Source of the DNA: the human T2T-CHM13v2.0 reference genome, Homo sapiens
Assembly: GCF_009914755.1 (NCBI RefSeq)
Contig: NC_060933.1
Reading direction: 5' to 3' (one strand)
Length of the DNA: 64,000 bases
Below, in pieces: positions 29,192 through 42,815 of the stretch. The translations under genes were made by a program, and so were the position numbers. The notes beneath the pieces were generated by a model. It worked only from the letters and a program-made list of their open reading frames with translations, did not search any database and was not told the origin of the DNA. Each line of letters starts with the position of its first letter. The stretch's first letter is position 1.

Positions 29192-32100
29192 TGTCTTTAT
29201 ACTTAAAAAAAAAAAAAAAAATGATGAAGTTTACAAAAATTCAACATAAAGCATAATATATCTAATGGGTTAAAAGTGAGGTTAATCTATTCAGACTGTG
29301 AGTAAAACCAATAAAAGTAATCAACTTTATAGAGTCAAATAAAAAATTTCATTGCATGAATTGATCTGAATTTAGCCTCTACTGAAAACCTATTTATGTT
29401 TTCAAGTAACTTTCCTTGTTCTCTATACTTGGACAGTTCTTGGAATCTAACATTCAGATTATTTTGTATTTGAATACAACTTCACTTTCAGTATATGAGC
29501 TTTGTTGGCCTCACTTATATATTTACTCATCATTAATTGAATCATCACCTTGTGAAACAGCATACAAGTGTTTGAAATAAGTAGCTAGAACTGGACACTG
29601 GATCATTAGTTAAGCTAATGCCCTTCAATAACTGTGTGAAGTCAAAGGAAAATAGAAAATTGTGTCTCTTATTGCAGGAACCTGAGCCTTTTCCCCAGCT
29701 ATAGGCACCTTGATGATCTTTGCCTCAATTTCTCTTTTTTCACTCTTTCTCTTTCCAATATCTGTTCTTCTTACCTTTCTTGAGACATACCACCTTTACG
29801 CCTTGCCATATTTCTCAGTTTGTGTAAAAATCAGAAGATTTGTCAATACCAAACCCATGTTTCAACATGTCAACAATTAGCTGGAGCTTAGCAGCTGCTG
29901 ACTCCTGAAGCCAAAAACTACACTCTTCATTTTACCATATTTTATTCCCTATCCACTTCATTTATTTACATTATCATCATGTTCCTTTAGGTTGTTGAGT
30001 TCACATCAATCACAGGCATATCTACCTGGTTGGCGTTTGGTCAGATCATCCCCCGAAATATCTGTTTATATCAACATTTTCAGGCCTTAATTTAGTACAA
30101 ATACTATGCATGCCTCTTTAGCTGTGAGATAGATAAAGTAGTTATGTATAAGTTATGTATAAGTAGGAATCCTTAGGAAAGCCCTTTTGAGGGTCCTCTT
30201 TGCAAATACCAACATAGTTATTAGTTATTAAAAAATTTCCCTTTCTGGTCATCAAAATGACTCTTGAATTAGTTGATGCTATAGGCCTTAATGCATAAAC
30301 AAGTAGAGGCAATTGTGTCAAAATACAGAAGTTTGAATTTGCAGGCAGGTGCAATGTAAGAATTATAATTGTATTTGATTTAAGTGATAGTGCATTATCT
30401 AGGGGTTAAATGTGCATATAAATATTTGGCTGCTCTTGATAAACACCATAACTAGTCCAGTTGGCTCTTCCCTTGATACTCTTTCAGGGAAAGGCTAATG
30501 CAAAAAGACAAGCACTCTGGTCCGTGCTTGTTCTTTTCCACCCGCCAGAACTTGCCCACGGAATAACTGTCTCTTTCCTGATCATAGGAGCCACACTCAG
30601 ATGCCTCAGGAACCCACAGATCATCAGATTAATATATGAATTGGAATTGAATTGGAGAACCTAATCCTGCCTACGTTTAGTGTCCTCTCCCTTCATTTTA
30701 AAAGAAGTGGGAGGTGGTAATATGAAGCGTGATGCAGTTTTCCACACATTTGCTAGCTCCATGTGCTCTATGATTGGAAAGGACCCACTTGATTAGAAAA
30801 AAATGAACCTCTTCTAATTCATAAGTAAAATATACTTCTTCTGTAATCAGTTAATTTTGGTGGGGGGCGGTATATATGACTACTTGAAAACAGTACTGAT
30901 GTAATTTGTGACCTCTCACTAAACAGTCATTAAAAATTTCAAATTTGAAAATTCACCCTATGCTCAATAATTTGGAACTGCAGTGAAACATTGGGTTACA
31001 GCAGCATGGGATATTTATTTCATATAATTGTATTGAACTATGGAAACATAGAAAAACTAGATAAAAACATCTTTGAATTATTGTTAACTACAGGTTTATA
31101 GAACTGGGTTGCTTATATTAAAATAGGTTCTTTATGTAAATTGGCTGGATCAATAAGCAAGGTTCAAAGAATCTGAAAAAAATAGACAATTTACTTTTTC
31201 TACATGGCAACATAGATATTTTCAGACCACTTCTTACTGGGGCAAGTAACTAAATTTCTAAGTAGAGGCTTGTACTTGCATTATCATGTTGCTTGACCAA
31301 GGTGATTTGTATGCTTAAAATTATATACAGAATGCTTTGGGGGATAATTCTATGCATGCAGAACTGGATCTATTTTAAAACTATAAGTCTGATCCTTTTA
31401 TTTCTTTTTACTGTCTACGTTATTATGTGCATTTCTGGTTCAATTTCCCAAGTTACAAGGTACCTTCATGTCCTCTGAATTTAATAACTGTGAGACTACC
31501 TAATTGTCATTTCAGCCTCTTTATAGCAAGTGAGGAGAAGATATCTGAAATGTATTTTTAAATATTCTTTAATCAGACATGCGATGAATCCCAAAGCAAA
31601 ACCATGTTAGTATGTTCTATCTTTGCTAATCAGATTCCCTTGGAAATAACAAAAAGAATAGTTCAGTAATTTAAAAACTGGCACATTATTGCTTTAATAG
31701 GAATTGTGAATATTTTATCACCATAATCCCCAATGAATAATTCTGCTTTGTTACTTTCCCTTTGAGGAGAAGAGTACTTGAAGTTATGATATGTGGTGAT
31801 AGAATATCTGGAAAACCTTTGAGATTTTTTACCAAGTGACTCTGAAAATCTTGGGTATTCTCTTCAGAATAAGAGATAGTGTTCACAATGTGGAGCAATT
31901 ATTTGTCAAATTTTTCTAAATATTGAGATTAGCTTATCGTGCCCTATTTTGAATTTGCATTTATCCTTTCATTTGTTTCAAATCTGTTGCATATTAACTA
32001 GCTTTCTTTTAAGTCTCTAGGATTTCTTCATTAACATAGTATCTTTGCCTTTTGTTATAATGTCATACACTCTTATTCACACGATATTTTTATCAAAGAT

Positions 32101-33350
32101 ATTTTACTGACTTGCCTATTCTGTGTAAGGGACTATGGCTGATAAAGTGTTGTTCATCTCATATTTAATGTGCTTCCCTGCATTTTTCAGAATACTTTGT
32201 AATTAGGTAAAGGTTATAAGACTAGTTACTACTGATGTGTGATGAGCCAAAATGAATGAAGTCATTTCTTATCAGGTATTATTAATTGCTGATATGCTAC
32301 CTGTTTTTTTTTCTGTTTCCTGCTGCATTACCTTGGAAACTTTGGATCTGAACAGTGCAGCTACTGTGGACTATCCTGTTCAATAAAGAAACAGTTATGT
32401 ACAGCATAAGAAAACTAGAGCAAAGGAAAAATTATAGAACAAATATGGTTATTTAAGAAATAATATTAATATATTAAATGCATGCCTTGATATTCTGCTT
32501 GCCTTCTAGAGGGGCCTCAAAATTCATTCTAAATTTGTAAGTAGTAAAAATGTATAAAAAGGAAACATAATTCGTTACTTGCTTTATAAAAATAACCAGT
32601 TGATTGGAGGAAAGCAATTATTACTGGAATTAAGACAGGCAGAAAATCATCCCCCTATCTCATAGACAGGGTATCATGATCTAAACGAACCTATTTATTC
32701 TTCAATGCTATTTAAATACAGAGCCATGTAATTTTGCAGTCAGAGAAGATAATTCTAAAATTTATTTGGTTATATAAATCCTCAAAGCACATGACTCTTT
32801 AGGTTATGTTTTTATTTTTTAATTGTATTTTTTGTGGGTACATAGGAAGTGTATACTTATGAGGTACATGAGATGTTTTGATACAGATATGCAATGTGTA
32901 ATAGTCGCATCATGTAAAATAGAGTACGTAACCCTTCAAGCATTTATCCTTTGTGTTATAAACAATCCAATTATAGTCTTTTAGTGACTTTTAAATGTAC
33001 AATTAAATTGTTATTGACTATAGTCACCCTGTAGTGCTATCAAATACTAGGTCTTATTCATTATTTTTATTTTATTTGTACCCATTAACCATCCCCCCCT
33101 TCCACCCACCCTCTATTACCCTTTCCAGCCGCTGGTAACCATCCTTCTACTATCCATGGCTGTAAGTTCAATTATTTTCGTTTTTAGATCCCACAAATAA
33201 GTGAGAAATGTGATGTTTGTCTTTCTGTGCCTGGCTTATTTCACTTAGCATAATGATCTCCAATTCCATCCATGTTGTTGCAAATGACAGGATCTCATTC
33301 TTTTTATGGATGAATAGCACTCCATTATGTATAAGTACCACATTTTCTTT

Positions 33351-33838
33351 TATTATTATTATTATTATACTTTAAGTTCTAGGGTACACGAGCACAATAT
33401 GCAGTTTTGTTACATATGTATACATGTGCCATGTTGGTGTGTTGCACCCATTAACTCGTCATTTATATTAGGTATATCTCCTAATGCTATCCCTCCCCTC
33501 TCCCCCCACCCCACAACAGGCCCCGGTGTGTGATGTTCCCCTTCCTGTGTCCAAGTGTTCTCATTGTTCAATTCCCACCTATGAGTGAGAACAGGCGATG
33601 TTTGTTTTTTTTGTCCTTGCAATAGTTTGCTGAGAATGGTGGTTTCCAGCTTCACCCATGTCCCTACAAAGGACATGAACTCATCATTTTTTATGGCTGC
33701 ATAGTATTCCATGGTGTATATATGCCAAGAATGGCGATCATTAAAAAGTCAGGGAACAACAGGTGCTGGAGAGGATATGGAGAAATAGGAACACTTTTAT
33801 ACTGTTGGTGGGACTGTAAACTGGTTCAACCATTGTGG
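33351..33838 (-). mobile_element. Young L1PA insertion with 5' inversion (twin priming)
   Basis: Antisense 3' part 33351-33727, sense inverted part 33728-33838; 18-bp TSD aagtaccacattttcttt at 33333-33350 and 33839-33856. Confidence 0.93.
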
Positions 33839-35208
33839 AAGTACCACATTTTCTTTATCCATTCATCTACTGATGGGCACTTAGGTTGTTTTCAATTTTG
33901 GCTACTGTGAACAGTGCTGCAACAAACATGGAAGTGCAGAGATCTCATTGATACACTGATTTCATTTCTTTTGGGTGTATATGTGGGAGTAGGATTGTTG
34001 GATCATACGGTAGCTCTATTTTTAGTTTTTTGAGGACCCTCCAAATTGTTCTCCATAGTGGTCGTATTAATTTACATCCCTGCTAACAGCATATGAGGGT
34101 TCCCTTTTCTCCACATCCTCTCCAGCATTTGTTATTACAGCCTGTCTTTTGGATATAAGCATTTTAAATGGAGAGAGATGATGTATTATTGCAGTTTTGA
34201 TTTGCATTTCTCTGATGATCAATGATGGTGAACACCTTTTCATATGCCTGCTTCTTAAATGTTCTGGTTATTTATCTCTTGTCTGATGAGCAGGTTGAAA
34301 ATATAGTTTCCAGTTCTGTGGGTTGTCTCTTTACTTTGTTAATGGTCTCCTCGGCTGCACAGAAGCTTTTAACTTAATGTGATCCCTTCTGTCCATTTTT
34401 GCTTAGGTTATCTGGGCTTGTAGGGTATTGCTCAAAAAATTTTGCCCAGATCAATGTTCTGGAAGTTTTCCACAATGTTTAATTGTAGTAGTTTTATAGT
34501 TTGAGGTCTTAAGTTTAAGTCTTTAATCCATTTTGATTTCTGTATAGGGTGAGAGATAGTAGACCCCTATCTCTAGTTTCATTCTTCTGCATGTGAATAC
34601 CCAGTTTTCCAAGAATCATTTATTGAAGAGACTGTCTTTCCCCTCAGTATGTTATTGGAACCTATATCAAAAATGAGTTCACCATAGGTATATGGACTTG
34701 TTTCTGGGTTCTCTATTTTGTTCCATTGGTCTATGTGTCTGTTTTTATTCCAGTGCCATGCTGTTTTGGTTAGTATAGCTGTGTATTATAATTTGAAGTC
34801 AGGTAATGTGAATCCCCTGGTTTTGTACCTTTTGCATAGAATAGTTTTGGCTATTCTGTGTCTTTTGTGGTTCCATATAAATTGCAGAATTTTATTTTCT
34901 ATTTCTGTGAAGAATGTCATTGGTATTTTAATAGGGATTGTATTGAATCTGTAGATGACTTTGGGTAGTACGGACATTTTAATAATATTGATTCTTCCAG
35001 TTCATGAACATGGAATAGCTCTCCATTTTTTGGTGTCCTCTTCAATTTCTTTCCTTGATGTTTTATAGTTTTCATTATAGAGATCTTTCACTTCTTTGGT
35101 TAAGTTAATTCCAAAGTATTTAATTTTATTTCTGGTATTGTAAATGGCATTCCTTTTTAAATTTCTTTTTTCAGATCAGTCACTGTTGGCATAGAGAAAT
35201 GCTACTGA

Positions 35209-35262
35209 TTTTTTTTAATTTTACTATTATTATACTTTAAGTTTTAGGGTACATGTGCACAA
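35209..35262 (-). mobile_element. ~55-bp L1PA extreme 3' end inside the L1MA
   Basis: tattattatactttaagttttagggtacatgtgcacaa is the L1PA terminus. Confidence 0.85.
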
Positions 35263-36011
35263 TCCTGCAAATTTAAAGGATTTGTTTGTTAGTTCTAATA
35301 GTTTTTTTTTTGTGTGTGTGTGTGTGTAGTCATTAGGTTTTTCCAAATATAAGATCATATCATCTACAAACAAGGATAATTCTACTTCTTCCTTTCCAAT
35401 TTAGATGAACTTTATTTCTTTTTCTTGTCTGATTGCTCTAGCTGGGAGTTCCTGTATTATGTTGAGTAACAATGGTAAAAGTTAGCATCCTTGTTGCATT
35501 CCAGATCTTAGAGGAAAGGCTTACAAAATGGATAATTCCTGAGGTTCATTTAGGTCAGAATTTATTTTTACTTATTCCATATGAATTTTTCAACATCATG
35601 CAAATACTCCAACATTTAAATATACTATATTACTAGCATGAAATTCTACTGTAAGTATTTAAAGAAATACATTTTTATGTCTAGTCATTTGTATTCTGTT
35701 AAAAAGTATAACAGTTCAAAAAGAATATTTCCTTAAAAAGTATAAGTAAAAATTTCTGCATTAGTTTGATGGTTGTGCCTTAAAACCTTTATGTCTTTCT
35801 AACTTATTTATGATCAAAAATATTAGAGAAACATAATGTAGTTTGAACTATGTGGTACATTTCTCACAAATGTGTGTAGAGATTACCAAATATCTGAGTG
35901 TTGTTATAGATAATATATTTTGTCTGATTCTTTTTTAGTTAATGTATTTTATTTCTATTTATATACTCAAAATCTTGGTAGAAAATCTAAGACTATTCAT
36001 TGTTGTTTATA

Positions 36012-36176
36012 TTTTCTTTTTTATCTTTAGAGATGAGGTCTTACTCTGTTGCCCAGGCTAGCAGGCTAGAATGCGGTGGCACAAGCATTACTCACAGCAA
36101 GCTGGAAATGCTGGCCTCAAGCGATCCTCCTGCCTCAGTCATCAGAGTGGCTGAGAATACAGGCAGGAGCCACTCA
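36012..36176 (-). mobile_element. FAM/FRAM-like Alu monomer
   Basis: Single diverged monomer gagatgaggtcttactctgttgcccagg...tacaggcaggagccact, with an internal caggctag duplication. Confidence 0.85.
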
Positions 36177-38009
36177 ACAATTTCTTTCTTTCTTTTGATA
36201 AAGCTATTTTGCCAATTTGATTTCTAATTAACGTTCAAAGAGAACCAAAAAGAAACACATAGAGATGTTGCATTTCTTGAAAGCATAATATCAAAAAGGA
36301 AAACGCTGTCTTTCCTAAAACGCTTTGCTATGCAAACTTAAAATTTCATGGATGTTCTTTGGAAATCAATGACCCATGAGAGCAAACCATGTACAATGCA
36401 TTATGGGTCAATACAAATCTTAAGAATAAAATATGAGAGTAAGATGGTTTTGAACATGATTTTCAATTGCATTTGTATCTTTTGAAATTTTAGGAATGAT
36501 ATATTTAGCTTCTTTGCATCAGAAAGGTTTATTTAGCAGGCCTCTAAAAACGAAACACATATCATAGTACCCTTCACTAATCAGCAAAATGTGTCTTTAC
36601 TACCACATGACTGAAACAAAAAGTGCCATCATGTGTCCCACAGTTTTTATTCAAAAGGAAAGTACTGTTTACCAATTTACCTTAGGCATTTTATAAAATT
36701 GAGGCATTAGTGGAGTATTCTGAAGTCCACGGAACAAAATCCACTAGTAATTGTGAAAAACGTTTGTAAATTGAAATATGAACATAACCATAGAAAAATT
36801 ATTTCTGCAGCCCTTGTCATCCCAGCTCAAATAAATATCACAACAAATTTCCATTTTTTTCCTAGTTTGATACCTAGATATTCTGTGCCATGTATATTTG
36901 AGTTCAATTGTGATTAGTCGATTATGCTATGATCAGAATAGTTTTATCATCTTTACCAGTTTGAAAAATGCACTTCACACATTGAAAATAGTTTTTCACA
37001 GGTATATTTCACACTTAGTTACTCCAAAGAGAATTGACATATGGTAGTGATATTTAAAAATCCACAGGCTGCTTAGAATGGAGAGAGATTAGTAGGACGC
37101 TCAACTCAGTAATCATAGACTATTAATTCAACTAAAATATAAAATAATTAAAATATAAGACCAAAAAAAAAAGACAAAAAGTAACCCAAACCCTGTATTA
37201 TTTTTTAAATGCTCCCAACTATACATCATGGACGATTACTCACTATCTTTTTCTTTTTTATTATTTTCTGACCACACATCGCCTTTACAAATTTTATCTT
37301 TTCTTTAGTTGTGAAGTAGTTTTCTACTTAAACTGCCACCATTTCTTAAGTATTTTAGTTGCCTAGGAAACATACAAAGGTTTTGCTGCAATAGCAGGTA
37401 TTCATTTAACCACCAAATTCCCTCTGTAAGCCAGATTCATCATTTCTATATTGCAGAAGCCTTCAGCGGAGCACTTGACTGCAGCCAACTGGCTTGTTAG
37501 CATATCATGCTTTCAATAGAGTGAAATGGGTCAAACAGATTTTCAGAGATCTTTAAGCACAGAATTATGGTCCTCCCAAAATGATTCAGAGTATCATTTC
37601 CTTGACATTCATGGTCCCACAGACCAAGCATCTATTTTGTTTCTGTTAGTCTAACCTGTTATCTGGCTACAAAAGCACACATTAGCACTGGAGAGGGATC
37701 ACTTTATTCTCTCTCTTTTCAAAGGACATAACTCTTTCAGGAAACTAGGATGTAGTTTACCACATACAAAGTTATCTACAGATTTTTTGGCTCTGTGTGA
37801 CTTTTATATATTATATTTGTGTAGCACTAGTGTGGAGGAAAATAATATTATGTCATACATAATGGCTTATTATAACTGCTAGGTATTTCACCAGTGGCAT
37901 TATTGGAGGATAACTTAATCTCTGTAGCTCTCAGTTTTCCCAATGTAAAAAGTGATAATAGTAATATCTAAACCCAAAGTTTATTGTAATATATTTAATT
38001 TATATAAAA

Positions 38010-38690
38010 TTATCTCTTTTGTTTCTTATAACAGAGAATAGTTCTACCATCTTCCCAGTTCACAAGTAAGAAAACTGAACCTTTCTTACATCTTACTTCT
38101 TATTCTTCAAATCCAGTAAGTCGTCTAATGTCTGCAACTCACTGTCATTGCTATTTCCAAAACTGGTACTTATTTGGTATTAAAGTCTGAGGTTGGACTG
38201 TTTTAATTCTCAACAATGATGCCAAACTGATCTTTCTAATACGTAATAGCTGACTCTGTCATTTAATTTCAGTAACTCCACATGAAACTTCAGATTTCTA
38301 ATATAGGCATTTAAAGCCTTTCTTTTTCAAACTCTTGTTTGTATTCTTCTTCTTATGAGTTGACAAATAAACACATATCAGTCTAGCTTATTGAATTATT
38401 TCTAGTTATCTTTATATTGTATGCTTTACTTTTCACTCCAGTGCCTCTGCATTGTAATTGTTTACCTGGAACTTCTGGATTCTAGAACTGACTTGCCATT
38501 AGCCATTTTTATTTCCACAACAGAAACATTACCTCGTCTATGAAGAATTATTGAAATACAATCTGAATTGAGTATTCCTGCTTTTATGTTGTAGAATAGG
38601 ATAAAATAGAGATTATGACAGGTTCACTATCATATACCCATGTCTACTGTCCCATATGACATATATTGAACAATGTTTGCTTAAAATAAA
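38010..38690 (+). mobile_element. L2 3' region (highly diverged)
   Basis: ctaccatcttcccagt...caaatccagtaagtc...tgatctttcta... motifs. Confidence 0.5.
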
Positions 38691-40042
38691 GTTCTTAATC
38701 AGCATACCAGTATATATCACAGGATGAGGTTTCATATTAAACAGAATTCATACAAGTATGCCTGATATAGTTAATGAAACAGGAAACCCTAAGATATCTA
38801 TTTTTATCCACTAATTTGCATGAGTAAAATAAATATAACGGCATTTGTCAAGGAAGATGGTCCCTGCACAAAATGCAAAGCACAAATGATAATAATGGGG
38901 CTATTTTTAAATTTTTTATATAAAAGCTTCTGATAGAATCTTCCTTAAGACCATGGTGTGGAAGTGTGGTGTAGAGTGAGGAGAGAGACCGTCCCTTTAG
39001 TTCTCCAAGGGACAATGAGCTTCTGAATGAGTTGGAAAGTGACACTGATATTTGGATTACTACTGTTAATATAATCACATTGGTATTCATGGGCTAGTGA
39101 TGCCTTAAGTCATTGCTCATATTTTTAAATAGTCATACAAAGAAGGGACATGGAAACATATTGTGAACATATTCACTTAGCTTGTCTTTATATTTTTACC
39201 TTAAAATGATAGAAACCATGAACTTACAGGTATTGGCTGTTAGGCATTATTCACAATTTAAATACCTTCTGTTCAGTTATTACAAACATTCTTATCAGAT
39301 AAAATGTAACTGTTTTCAAACACTAGTTAAACATCAAGGACCACTATACTCTTTAATAACCAAGCAATTTTAGGTTAAAAAGAGAATGCCTTTAATTAAA
39401 ATCACCTTTAATAGATAATGCTCTATGCTCAGGCCCTAATGTTCTCATTTCAGTTATGACACATTTCAAAGGATGGGACTATATGTCATGCTTCCTTTGC
39501 TCCTTTCTTCTGCAATAAATGCATGGAACTAATGTGCTTGATAAGGCTTATGTTTTACTTCAAATGGAAAGGAGTAAGTTTTTGGAAGACAATTCAGTTG
39601 ACATCTTCAGCTGTTCTTATTTTAACTCACTTTTCTTTTTTTAATTTCAGGTTGAAAATGGATGACACCTTATCAGATCATCAAAGCACAGTATTACCAG
39701 AGTTATAGTGTTGAATGTGTTTCATCTGCACCATTTCTAAGTAATAATTCATCACAAATGACAAGATAGAATCTCTAGCAATAAGATTTTGGGTCATCGT
39801 CATCCTATAGACTTCAAAAGAAACACAGGCACTCAAACGTCTGACTCTAATCATAAGTTAGCATAATAGGAACGATGGCAATAGAAGAGTATGTTTAGCT
39901 GATATCATTTGGAAATGGGAACATGAGCACGTGATTACAGCGTAAGCAAAAGAAACAATTTATCTATCTTAAGAATATTAACCATAGGTTTAATCTACCA
40001 AGGAGTTTTGAAAATATCATTTCAAAATCATTAAAGAGGGCA

Positions 40043-40400
40043 GGCACATGAAGACAGAGAGGAGAAGGATGGTTACCAAAGACTGAGAAGGGTAGTGCAG
40101 GGACTGAGGAGGAGGTGGGGATGGTTAATGGGTACAAAAAAAAAAAAAAATAGAAAAAGACCTAGTATTTGATGGCACAGCAGGGTGACTATAGTCAATA
40201 ATAATTTATTCATACATTTAAAAATAACTAAGAGTATAGTTGGATTGTTTGTAACACAAAGGATAAATGCTTGAAGGAATGGATATACTATTTCACATGA
40301 TGTGAACAGTATGCATTACATGCCTATATCAAAATATCTCATGTACCCCATAAATATATACACCTACTAGGTACCCACAAAAATTAAAATAAAAATATTT
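40043..40400 (+). mobile_element. L1MA2/3-like 3'UTR
   Basis: ggtgactatagtcaataataat...ttgtaacacaaaggataaatgcttga...gtacccacaaaaattaaaataaaaa. Confidence 0.9.
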
Positions 40401-41639
40401 TAAAATGTGGTAGGTATTAGTCTCTATACTTTTTCTTGACTGGGTGATTTCCTGGGATTCATTACAATTTTCTGATTCTATATGATCAAAAATAATAAAA
40501 AATGTTAATTGAATCAATAATACATATATTGAGCAAAATAAGTTATTTCAAAAATATATTGAAGTACAATTGGAAGGAAAATACCAAGAACTTTACATGT
40601 CTGTGAAATTAAAAAGGTAGGAATGATAGCCCCAATCCTAGTCAACAGAGTAAAATATCACAAAACTTGTGAAAAAATAAAAACGGATTTTTTTAAAAAG
40701 TGGAATTAGTTTTAAAAAATTGTATAAGAAATAAGAACGTTTGTCAAAGTTAGATTTAAAAGCAGAAACCGTGTAAGCATACATGATGCAAATTTAAAAA
40801 CTGAAAAAAGGATAATCTCTAAATTTGTCAGAAAAAAAAAAACCTCCTTCTCCATCTTAAAGAGGTACATTTGAATTAAAATAAATTGCGAAGGATAATA
40901 TGATTTTTAACGATGTATAAAATTGTTCTTGTTGTTTCTTAAACCATAACTTAAACTCTGATTTACATCTTAAATGTGGACTCTCACTGGGATTCTAACA
41001 TCATTCTTAGCCTCAAATATCCACTTCCCTGGCTTCTCCTCTCTATGTTTATAATGTAAATGGCTCACAAGGTTATTTCTCCTTCCTCCATCTGTATCTC
41101 TCACCATTCCTAACCTTACGGGTTATTTTTCAACTTGGATTAGTCCCCTCTCACATTTTTACATATTGTAGTATTAGGTTCTTCAAAGCTAACCACAAAT
41201 ACTACTTGTTTTTTTTCCAAAAAGTTTATTACTCCAGCCAAAAGTAAGTTTATTCCCTTTTTAATTTTTAAAGCTCTTTGTGCCTCTGACTGGGAAAATA
41301 TCATACATATCCTCATGTTCTGGTTATATATGCAGTGTGTATGTGTGTCTTATCTCTCCCACTAAACTTTAAGCTCCTTAAGGACTATTAGAGTCTAATT
41401 AATGGTTATTTTTTCTTGTAGGCTTTAGCATGTATTCTTCACAGTGGAGGGTTCCAATCTGTGAATGATGAGAATATAACATATCTCATTCATTTATTCA
41501 GCAAAAAATGTATCTATATACTGAGAGACCAATAAAAAAGAGTATACATTTCAGTGATTCTTAATGTAAGTAAGTTCAAAGAATATAAGCTCCAAGTGTG
41601 AGTATATTCTCTTTCCTGAAAATGAAAGATGTTATTGTG

Positions 41640-41840
41640 GAATATGAAGGGCTTTTTTCTCGGAGAGTCCTGACTTCCACTTAACAGCTGTGTGGGCTTG
41701 AGCAAATTAATCTCTTTCAGCTTCAGTTCATTCACTTATAAAATATAGATAATATTTCACTTATGGCTTATCATAAATGGCAAATTGCAAATATGAAACT
41801 TTCCAGCTTAGTGCCTGACACATAGATGGCTATCACAAAA
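41640..41840 (+). mobile_element. MIR
   Basis: ccacttaacagctgtgtgggcttgagcaaattaatctc...agtgcctgacacatag. Confidence 0.7.
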
Positions 41841-42815
41841 GAAATGAACATTATGAGATTCTCTGGTGAAAGTTGATAGATGGTCAATAATGTAAATACT
41901 AAATTCTTTTCTTTAAAGTAAAGCTTAGAACAATACTTTTTATGATTATAAGAGATAATTATATTTTTTACACATGAAATAATACTAGCAAAAAATCACA
42001 TATTCTGTTTTATTAAAACAGCATCTTTTGAACAATTATTTCTCTAAGTTGTCATATTTCTTTACCTTTGGATTTTTTTTCTTTAAAAGAAATAAAAATA
42101 TACTGACCCAATTTTTCGAACTGTTTTTAAAATTGAAGGCATGAAATTCAGTCTTTACTTAGCAAGTGGATTTTATTATCCAGAATTTAAAATCCACTGG
42201 CTATGATAAAATACATAGAGTCAAGCTCAGACCCAAGGTTTAGAGCGAGTTTATATTTCTGACTTATGGCAGGTGGAAGAACCACCAACACACACGTACA
42301 GAAAGACCTTATTTAGCCCAATGGACATATTTTTCTGTAGAAACAGAAATTTCCCCTCCTTTCCACATTGCTATACAATGGATATTTTGGTCTTCTCATT
42401 CTCTCATATTTTAGCCTAACTAGTATCCTGAAGAAACCTTTTCCTATATTTATCTCTTCCTCCATCATCAATCTTTATCACATAGGGTTGAGGAAATGAT
42501 TTAGGTCTGGAGATAAAGGGCATTGCATTTTGCTGTCCACAGGGACTGTGCACATGAAACAAACCAGAAAATGACAGGTCTAGTAACCAACTTCACGCTA
42601 ATGGAGGGAAAGACACTTTTCTGTCTCTGGTTGAACCTGAATTTAGGAGGTTGTAGACCATTAGCTGATAGAAGTCATTTTGCTGCCTTTTAGAAATTAA
42701 GAACAAAGCCCAAAGACCAAAAAATAAAAAACAAAACAAAACAAACAAACAAACAAAAAACAGAGAGAGAGAGAGACAAATAAAAGAAGAGAGAAGAGAG
42801 ACAATTCTACAATTC

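Larger units (their letters stand above)
32805..35522 (-). mobile_element. L1MA2/3-like element (3'UTR plus ORF2 3' part) hosting two younger L1PA insertions
   Basis: L1MA 3'UTR (gtgggtacatag...gtacatgagatgttttgatacag); ORF 34786-34977 [24 protein letters not shown] is an ORF2p remnant. Confidence 0.92.

Noticed and set aside
32805-40400. Inverted similarity between ~32.8-33.2 kb and ~40.0-40.4 kb
   Set aside because: Two independent L1MA 3'UTRs in opposite orientation, not a local duplication.
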